From a bacterium (GTDB lineage: Bacteria; Bacillota; Clostridia; Christensenellales; Aristaeellaceae), in the NCBI GenBank assembly GCA_963624325.1, contig CAVFPH010000056.1:1-12568 (forward strand): a stretch of 12,568 nucleotides of DNA, in the 5' to 3' direction. Under the pieces are notes generated by a model. That model ran no database searches, was not told where the DNA came from, and worked only from the letters and a program-made list of their open reading frames with translations. Position numbers and translations under genes: made by a program. This document shows, piece after piece, positions 7,083 to 12,568 of this stretch (its first letter is position 1; every line of letters starts with the position of its first letter).

Positions 7083-10000
7083 ATGAAAAAGCGCATTGCG
7101 CTGCTTGTGGGGCTGCTTTTGGCCCTGCTGACGCTGACGGGCGCAGCCCTTGCGGAAGGATCCGCACTGCCTGCCGTGGGCGATACCGTTGATGGGTTCA
7201 CCGTCAAGAGCGTAACCCGTTTTGACCTGATCGGCGCCGATGTTGTGCTCTTTGAGCATGACAAAACCGGTGCACAGGTCATGTACCTGGCCAACGAAGA
7301 TACCAACCGCGTGTTTGAAATCACGTTCCGCACCACCGCCGAGGACGAAACGGGCGTGCCGCACGTGTTTGAGCATTCCACCCTGGACGGCTCCAAGAAG
7401 TATCCTTCCAAGGCGCTGTTCTTCAACCTGTCCTACCAGACCTACAACACCTACATGAACGCTGCCACCTACAGCGTGATGACCACCTATCCCGTGGCCT
7501 CCCTGTCCGAGGAACAGCTGCTCAAGTATGCCGATTACTACACCGACAGCTGCTTTAACCCCATGATTTATGAGGATTCCTCCATCTTTGATGAGGAATG
7601 CTGGCGTTACTCTCTGGAGAGCGCGGATGCCGATCTGACCATTGCCGGCACCGTGTACAGCGAAATGCGCGGCTCCTATACGATTGACAGCGCTGCCAGC
7701 TTCAATTTCATGAAGACCATCTACCCGGGCAGCAACGCCGGCAACGTGTTCGGCGGCCATCCGGATCATATTTCCGAGATGACCAACGATGATATCCTTG
7801 CCTACCACCAAAAGTACTATCATCCCTCCAATTCCATGACCTGCCTGTACGGCAGCTTTGAGGATTACACCGCCTTCCTGAAGCTCCTGGACGGCTATTT
7901 CTGCCAGTATGACAAGAAGGAAATTGTCATTGAGGATGCCGCTTACACCCCGCTGACTGAGCCTGTTGCCGCCGTGTATCAGTACGGCGTTGAGGAAGGC
8001 AGCAGCACAGAAAACGGCGCCACCGTGTACTACGGCATGGTAATTGACAATGCCTCCGAGGAAGAAATGGATCAGCTGGATCTGCTGACCACCCTGCTGT
8101 CCGATGACAGCTCCGTGCTGATGCAGAACCTGAAGGAAGCCCTGCCCGCCGCCAGCGCAAGCTGCTATGTGAACATTGCCGGTCCCGAAACGGCCGTGGT
8201 GTTCTATGCTTCCGGCGTAAATGCCGATGATGCGCAGCTCTTCCGGGATACGGTGGATGCCTCCTTGGCCGAGATCGCCCAGAACGGCTTTGACGCCGAT
8301 GCCGTGGATGCCATCATCGCCGCCCTGCGTCTGGATATTCTGCTCTCCGGCGAAAGCAGCAGTGTAGGCACCGATACAATCCCCAACATCATGTATTACT
8401 GGGCTGCTACCGGCAATGAATTCGGGTACATGCACTACATCGATACCCTGGACCTCTTTGCCCAGTATGCCGCCGACAACACCTTCACCAATGCCATTTC
8501 CAAGTTCCTGCTAAGCAATCAGCGCACCGCCTTGGCCGTTACCGAGCCGGTTGCCGGCCTGAAGGAAATTGAAGATGCCGCGCTGGCCGAGAAGCTGGCT
8601 GCCGTCAAGGCTGCGATGAGCGATGAGGAAATCGCCGCTCTGGTTGCCAAGACTGCCGCCTCCGACAGCGAGGATGACAGCGCTGACAGCGCCCTGACTG
8701 CGGGGCTGGTAAAGCAGCTGCAGGCCGTCACGGTGGAAAGCCTGCCCGAGGAAGCCCGCATCTACACGGTGAATGATTCCGTTGAAAACGGCATCCGCTA
8801 TGTGGAGGCTCAGGCCGATGTCAACGGCGTTGGCCAAACCCTGATGCTGCTGGATGCTTCTGCCCTGACGCAGGATCAGCTGCATTACTTCAAGCTCTAC
8901 ACTGCCCTGCTGGGCGAGATGGATACCTCCGCGCACACCCGCGCGCAGTTGTCCTCCCAGATCACCCGTTACCTCTACAGCGCCAACATCCGCATTTCCA
9001 TCATTGATGACGAAACGGAGCGCGGCTATACGCCTTACCTGCGTGTCAGCTTCATTGCCATGGATGAGGATATGTCTGCGGCCTATGGTCTGGTGCATGA
9101 GCTCCTCTACGATACCAAGCTGGATGATGCGCAGAAAGTGGCTGACAACGTATCGGCTTTCAAGACCGCTTTGAAGAAGACCATTACCAGCAATTGCTAC
9201 TCCATTCAGGTTTATCGCGCCTTCGCCGCCTGCGACCCCGCCTATGCCTACTTTAACTATGTAAACTATCTGGATTACTACACCTTCCTGTGCGATGTGG
9301 AAAAGCAGCTGGCTGAGGATCCCGATACCGTGCTTGCCAACCTGCAGGCTGTGCAGGCTGCGCTGAACAACAGCCGCAATGCCATTGTCGGCTTTGCCGG
9401 CAGCGATGAAAGCGCCGCGAATCACCGCGCCGCCGCCAATGCATTCCTTGCTTCGCTGGATAACAGGGATATCGAAGTCCAGAACTATCAGTTCCCCGAA
9501 ATCAGCCGTGCCGAAGCGCTGGCTGTGGGCGGCTCCGTGCAGTACAACATGCTCTTTGCCTCCTTTGAGGACATGGGCATTGAGGGCTTCAGCGGCGCCA
9601 TGGATGCCGTAACCGCACTGGTAAGCGATAACCTGCTCTACCCCATGCTGCGCGATCAGTACGGTGCCTACGGCGTGATGCATGCCGCCACCGATGACGG
9701 CGTGTACATCGTGTCTTACCGTGACCCCAACGTAAAGGAAACCTTTGATGTTTACAGCCAGCTGCCCGAGCTTGTCGCTCAGCTGAAGGACATCGATCAG
9801 GATACCCTGGACGGCTACATCCTTTCTTCCTATCCCGCCTACGCCTTGTCCGAGGGCGAGCTGAGCGGCGCGCTCTCTGCCATGCTGACCGTGGTATCGG
9901 GTGATGATCAGAACGATACCCTCAAGCGCATGCAGGAGCTCAAGAGCGTTACGCCCGAAACCGTTGCCCAGTACGCCGATATGTATCAGGCCCTGGTTGA

Positions 10001-10556
10001 GAAGGGCATGATCTCTACTTCCGGCTCTGCCTCTGTCATCGCGCAGAACGCTTCCTACTACGATACCGTGCTGGATCCCTTTGCCAGTGACGAAAGCGCA
10101 GCAGCCGTGATGAACGATGTGACCGAGGATGCATGGTACTATGATGCCGTCACATTTGTGACGGAAAACGGCATCATGTCCGCCGCTTCAAATGAGGCCT
10201 TCGGCGCGGATGAGCCCGCCACGATGGAGGATATGATTGTATCCATGTATGTGATCGTCAGCGGCGATACCAGCTTTGACGACGGCCTTGCGTTCCTGGC
10301 AAGCTACGGCATCGTTCCCGATTCCCTGAACGCAGATGACCCCGTAAGCATCATTGAGCTTGCCTACTACGGCAACAACTTCTGCTATGCCCTGGGGCTG
10401 CCCGCCTACGAAGGCGAGGATGACGCAGAGCTGATCAACTATCAGCTTGAAAGCGGCCTCCTCTACGCAGCCGACGGCGAAACTCTGGATATGGAAGCTG
10501 CCGCCACCCGCGCGCAGGTTGCCTATATCATGACTGCCATCTGCACCGCTCCGTAA
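7083..10556 (+). CDS. M16C-family (PreP/pitrilysin-like) zinc metallopeptidase with an N-terminal signal peptide and an SLH-like C-terminal extension
   Basis: I prefer the ATG at 7083 (RBS GGGGAG 6 nt upstream) over the TTG at 7005. The product is 1157 aa. MKKRIALLVGLLLALLTLTGAALA|EG looks like a Sec signal with an AxA cleavage site and no lipobox Cys. It has the inverted zinc motif HVFEH (7362-7376), a downstream catalytic-region Glu in TVYSEMRGSY, and C-half LRDQYGAYGV, all typical of M16C. The tail from ~10110 reads NDVTEDAWYYDAVTFVTENGIMSAASNEAFGADEPATMEDMIVSMYVIV (SLH-like), followed by a degenerate second module ...ESGLLYAADGETLDMEAAATRAQVAYIMTAI. Confidence 0.85.
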   Translation: MKKRIALLVGLLLALLTLTGAALAEGSALPAVGDTVDGFTVKSVTRFDLIGADVVLFEHDKTGAQVMYLANEDTNRVFEITFRTTAEDETGVPHVFEHSTLDGSKKYPSKALFFNLSYQTYNTYMNAATYSVMTTYPVASLSEEQLLKYADYYTDSCFNPMIYEDSSIFDEECWRYSLESADADLTIAGTVYSEMRGSYTIDSAASFNFMKTIYPGSNAGNVFGGHPDHISEMTNDDILAYHQKYYHPSNSMTCLYGSFEDYTAFLKLLDGYFCQYDKKEIVIEDAAYTPLTEPVAAVYQYGVEEGSSTENGATVYYGMVIDNASEEEMDQLDLLTTLLSDDSSVLMQNLKEALPAASASCYVNIAGPETAVVFYASGVNADDAQLFRDTVDASLAEIAQNGFDADAVDAIIAALRLDILLSGESSSVGTDTIPNIMYYWAATGNEFGYMHYIDTLDLFAQYAADNTFTNAISKFLLSNQRTALAVTEPVAGLKEIEDAALAEKLAAVKAAMSDEEIAALVAKTAASDSEDDSADSALTAGLVKQLQAVTVESLPEEARIYTVNDSVENGIRYVEAQADVNGVGQTLMLLDASALTQDQLHYFKLYTALLGEMDTSAHTRAQLSSQITRYLYSANIRISIIDDETERGYTPYLRVSFIAMDEDMSAAYGLVHELLYDTKLDDAQKVADNVSAFKTALKKTITSNCYSIQVYRAFAACDPAYAYFNYVNYLDYYTFLCDVEKQLAEDPDTVLANLQAVQAALNNSRNAIVGFAGSDESAANHRAAANAFLASLDNRDIEVQNYQFPEISRAEALAVGGSVQYNMLFASFEDMGIEGFSGAMDAVTALVSDNLLYPMLRDQYGAYGVMHAATDDGVYIVSYRDPNVKETFDVYSQLPELVAQLKDIDQDTLDGYILSSYPAYALSEGELSGALSAMLTVVSGDDQNDTLKRMQELKSVTPETVAQYADMYQALVEKGMISTSGSASVIAQNASYYDTVLDPFASDESAAAVMNDVTEDAWYYDAVTFVTENGIMSAASNEAFGADEPATMEDMIVSMYVIVSGDTSFDDGLAFLASYGIVPDSLNADDPVSIIELAYYGNNFCYALGLPAYEGEDDAELINYQLESGLLYAADGETLDMEAAATRAQVAYIMTAICTAP

Positions 10557-10578
10557 CCCCAAAACGCGCAAAAATATT

Positions 10579-10616
10579 GTGCATGCACTTCAAGAAAAGT
10601 GCATGCACTTTTTGTT
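10579..10616 (+). terminator. Rho-independent terminator of the peptidase gene
   Basis: GTGCATGCACTT (10579-10590) pairs with AAGTGCATGCAC (10597-10608) to give a 12-bp stem with loop CAAGAA, followed by TTTTTGTTG. It starts 23 nt after the TAA at 10554-10556. Confidence 0.8.
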
Positions 10617-10653
10617 GTGGTTTCTTAGTTCCAACGCGTCATTTTGCCCGCGG

Positions 10654-10682
10654 TTGCATATGGATCGGAATTATGCTATAAT
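10654..10682 (+). promoter_or_regulatory. Near-consensus SigA-type promoter for murA
   Basis: TTGCAT (10654-10659), a 17-nt spacer, then TGcTATAAT (hexamer at 10677-10682). It lies inside the ORF-track extension that begins at TTG 10644, which argues against that start. Confidence 0.6.
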
Positions 10683-10748
10683 TACTTTTACCACACGGCG
10701 AAATGGCCGCGTGGATGTGCCGAATTTATCATGGGACGGGGCGTGTGC

Positions 10749-12011
10749 ATGGATCGATACAAGCTGCTGATTACGGGCGGTACGCCGCTGCTTGGCGAAA
10801 CCACGGTGTTCGGGGGAAAGAATACCTCCGTGGCCGTTCTGCCCGCCACGCTGCTGTGCGATGAGCCCTGCATCGTGGAAAACCTGCCTGATATCGAGGA
10901 TATCCATGTCATCTACGATATGCTGACGCTGCTGGGGGCAAAGGTGGATTACGATCCCAAGGCCCGCCGTATGACAGTGGATCCGCGGCCCGTCAACGCT
11001 TTCCATGTTCCCTATCAGTACACCACCCGCATGCGTGCCAGCTATTACCTGTGGGGCGCGCTGCTGGGGCGCTGCGGCCAGTGCGAGGTCGGTTATCCCG
11101 GCGGATGCGCCATCGGCAACCGTCCGTTTGAGCAGCATATCAAGGGTTTTCGCGCACTGGGTGCACAGGTGGATGATTACGGCGGCATGATCTATGCCCG
11201 AGGCAGCATGGTAGGCGCCGATGTTTATTTTGACCGCATCACCGTGGGCGGAACCATCAATGTGATGCTGGCCGCCGCCAAGGCACACGGCAATACCACC
11301 ATCCACAATGCGGCCAGGGAGCCGCACATTGTGGATCTGGCCAACTTCCTCAACTCCATGGGCGGGCGCGTGCGCGGCGCGGGCACCGATACCATCCGCA
11401 TCCGCGGCGTGGATTATATGCATGGCAGCCGCTATTCCGTGATTCCCGATCAGATTGAAACCGGCACGCTGATGATTGCCGCAGCGGCAACGCACGGCGA
11501 TGTTACCATCCGCGGCTGCATTCCCACCCACATGGAGGCGCTGACGGCCAAACTGCTGGAAATGGGCGTGCACGTAATCGATACGGACGATACCATCCGC
11601 GTGTATACGGAGCGTCCGCACCGTGCCGTCAACATCAAAACGCAGGAATACCCCGGCTTCCCGACCGACCTGCAGCAGCCCATGAGCGCCCTGCTTACCT
11701 GCGCTGCGGGGGACAGCATTGTGATCGAAACCATTTACGAAAACCGCTTTAAGCACCTGGTGGAAATGCAGCGCATGGGCGCCAAGGTTCGCATCGTGGA
11801 GCAGACTGCCATCATCGAAGGCGTTGATACCCTCTACGGCGCCCCTGTTACGGCTACTGACCTGCGCGCCGGTGCAGCACTGGTGATCGCGGGATTGATG
11901 GCTAAGGGAACGACTGAAATTTATGAGCCCGGTTACATCGAGCGCGGATATGAGCGCATTGAGGACAAATTGTGCGCATTGGGGGCGGACATCCGCCGTG
12001 CACCGCTGTAA
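10749..12011 (+). CDS. murA: UDP-N-acetylglucosamine 1-carboxyvinyltransferase (MurA)
   Basis: MDRYKLLITGGTPLLGETTVFGGKNTSVAVLPATLL... matches the MurA N-terminus (the GxKN lysine). The active-site loop YPGGCAIGNRPFEQH has Cys at codon 120 (11106-11108). YPGFPTDLQQP and IYENRFKHLVEMQRMGAKV are also present. The start is ATG 10749; ATG 10731 cannot be excluded. Confidence 0.9.
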   Translation: MDRYKLLITGGTPLLGETTVFGGKNTSVAVLPATLLCDEPCIVENLPDIEDIHVIYDMLTLLGAKVDYDPKARRMTVDPRPVNAFHVPYQYTTRMRASYYLWGALLGRCGQCEVGYPGGCAIGNRPFEQHIKGFRALGAQVDDYGGMIYARGSMVGADVYFDRITVGGTINVMLAAAKAHGNTTIHNAAREPHIVDLANFLNSMGGRVRGAGTDTIRIRGVDYMHGSRYSVIPDQIETGTLMIAAAATHGDVTIRGCIPTHMEALTAKLLEMGVHVIDTDDTIRVYTERPHRAVNIKTQEYPGFPTDLQQPMSALLTCAAGDSIVIETIYENRFKHLVEMQRMGAKVRIVEQTAIIEGVDTLYGAPVTATDLRAGAALVIAGLMAKGTTEIYEPGYIERGYERIEDKLCALGADIRRAPL

Positions 12012-12049
12012 ATTGAATGCGCCCGGCGTGGCAGAAAGGAGGCAGTACC

Positions 12050-12568
12050 GTGAACGCCTTTGAAACCTTGGGACTTCGCTGGGATGCGGATCAGGCGCAG
12101 GTACATGCTGCCTATCGAAACCGCGTAAAAGGCTGCCATCCGGATCAGTTTCAGGATCAGGCGCAGTCGGATCGTGCGCAGGAAGAGATGATCCGCCTGA
12201 ACCTTGCTTATGAGGAGGCGCTTCGCATCGCCTCCAAGCGCAAGATTGCATGCAATACCCTTTCCTGTGAGGAGGCAATCGCCCTTGCCAGCCGCCTGAC
12301 GGGGCAGGGACGCCATGAAAATGCCTTGCGCCAGCTGGCACGTGCCGAGCGCCGCAGTGCGCATTGGTACTTCCTGCAGGGAGATATTTTGATGGCTCTG
12401 CATCAATATGAGAGTGCCTATCAAAGCTATCGCGAGGCGGTACGCCGCGAACCGGACAATCTGCAGTTCCGCCGCGGTGCCTTCAATGCCGCCGTTACCT
12501 TAAAAAAGCATCGCCGCCCCATGCGGCGTGCGGTAGATGCCGTAGAACGTCTGCTGGGCAGACATTAG
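12050..12568 (+). CDS. J-domain (DnaJ-like) protein with C-terminal TPR-like repeats
   Basis: I prefer GTG 12050 because RBS AAAGGAGG (12035-12042) sits 7 nt upstream, whereas ATG 12017 has no RBS. NAFETLGLRWDADQAQVHAAYRNRVKGCHPDQF contains the HPD tripeptide (12137-12145), followed by helix III EEMIRLNLAYEEAL. The C-terminal part AHWYFLQGDILMALHQYESAYQSYREAVRREPDN fits a 34-aa TPR. It has no G/F region and no Cys-rich zinc finger. The TAG stop is at 12566-12568, exactly at the window end. Confidence 0.7.
   Translation: MNAFETLGLRWDADQAQVHAAYRNRVKGCHPDQFQDQAQSDRAQEEMIRLNLAYEEALRIASKRKIACNTLSCEEAIALASRLTGQGRHENALRQLARAERRSAHWYFLQGDILMALHQYESAYQSYREAVRREPDNLQFRRGAFNAAVTLKKHRRPMRRAVDAVERLLGRH

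Noticed and set aside
7053-9683. 460-aa and 390-aa minus-strand ORFs (7053-8435, 8511-9683) and smaller ORFs within the M16C gene
   Set aside because: They are antisense to a continuous 1157-aa peptidase reading frame with catalytic motifs. They show the same low-complexity antisense composition, and I found no RBS or promoter for them.
12017-12049. ATG 12017 as the start of the J-domain gene
   Set aside because: No SD sequence precedes it (it lies 6 nt after the murA stop). GTG 12050 has AAAGGAGG at ideal spacing and places the J-domain helix I at the very N-terminus, as is usual. The call remains somewhat uncertain.
10671-12341. 556-aa minus-strand ORF spanning all of murA and part of the J-domain gene
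   Set aside because: It is exactly antisense to a gene with unmistakable MurA motifs. The translation is low-complexity (rich in G/A/H/R/D/I, with no recognisable motifs). It runs through the murA-J intergenic spacer and has no RBS. Long stop-free antisense frames are expected in GC3-biased genes.
1-12568. Search for mobile elements, CRISPR arrays, tRNA/rRNA genes, toxin-antitoxin pairs and defence-island signatures
   Set aside because: I found no transposase, integrase or recombinase-like ORFs and no terminal inverted repeats or spaced direct-repeat arrays. No tRNA-like cloverleaf or rRNA sequence is apparent in the intergenic regions, and there are no small paired ORFs. All intergenic spacers are short (38-331 bp) and are explained by promoters, leaders and terminators.

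Overview
This is a GC-rich, GC3-biased chromosomal window with AT-rich intergenic islands. AGGAGG-type ribosome-binding sites (RBS) and SLH-style wall-anchor motifs suggest a Clostridia-like Firmicute, but that is inference only. I support eight protein genes. On the minus strand: a 5'-complete, 3'-truncated adhE that is absent from the ORF track because it runs off the left edge (I recovered it by hand translation), a LysR-type regulator, and a MATE efflux pump. On the plus strand: ftsH; a DUF308/HdeD-like membrane protein whose start overlaps the ftsH stop; a 1157-aa M16C (PreP-like) zinc peptidase with a signal peptide and an SLH-like C-terminal tail; murA; and a small J-domain plus TPR protein. 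Three ORF-track starts look too long (7005, 10644, 12017). In two of them a near-consensus promoter lies inside the proposed N-terminal extension, and in the third an AAAGGAGG RBS serves an internal GTG. I found two convincing rho-independent terminators and several candidate SigA-type promoters with extended -10 boxes. I see no rRNA, tRNA, CRISPR array, IS element, integrase or recognisable defence/toxin module. The window reads as ordinary housekeeping-plus-accessory chromosome, and I do not claim a novel multi-gene system. The items most worth a second look are the apparently exported, wall-anchored M16C peptidase, the ATGA-coupled ftsH-DUF308 pair, the structured ftsH leader, a perfect 16-bp palindrome built from a tandem decamer upstream of the peptidase promoter, and the orphan J-domain/TPR gene behind murA. 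The many long antisense ORFs (up to 556 aa) are compositional artefacts.
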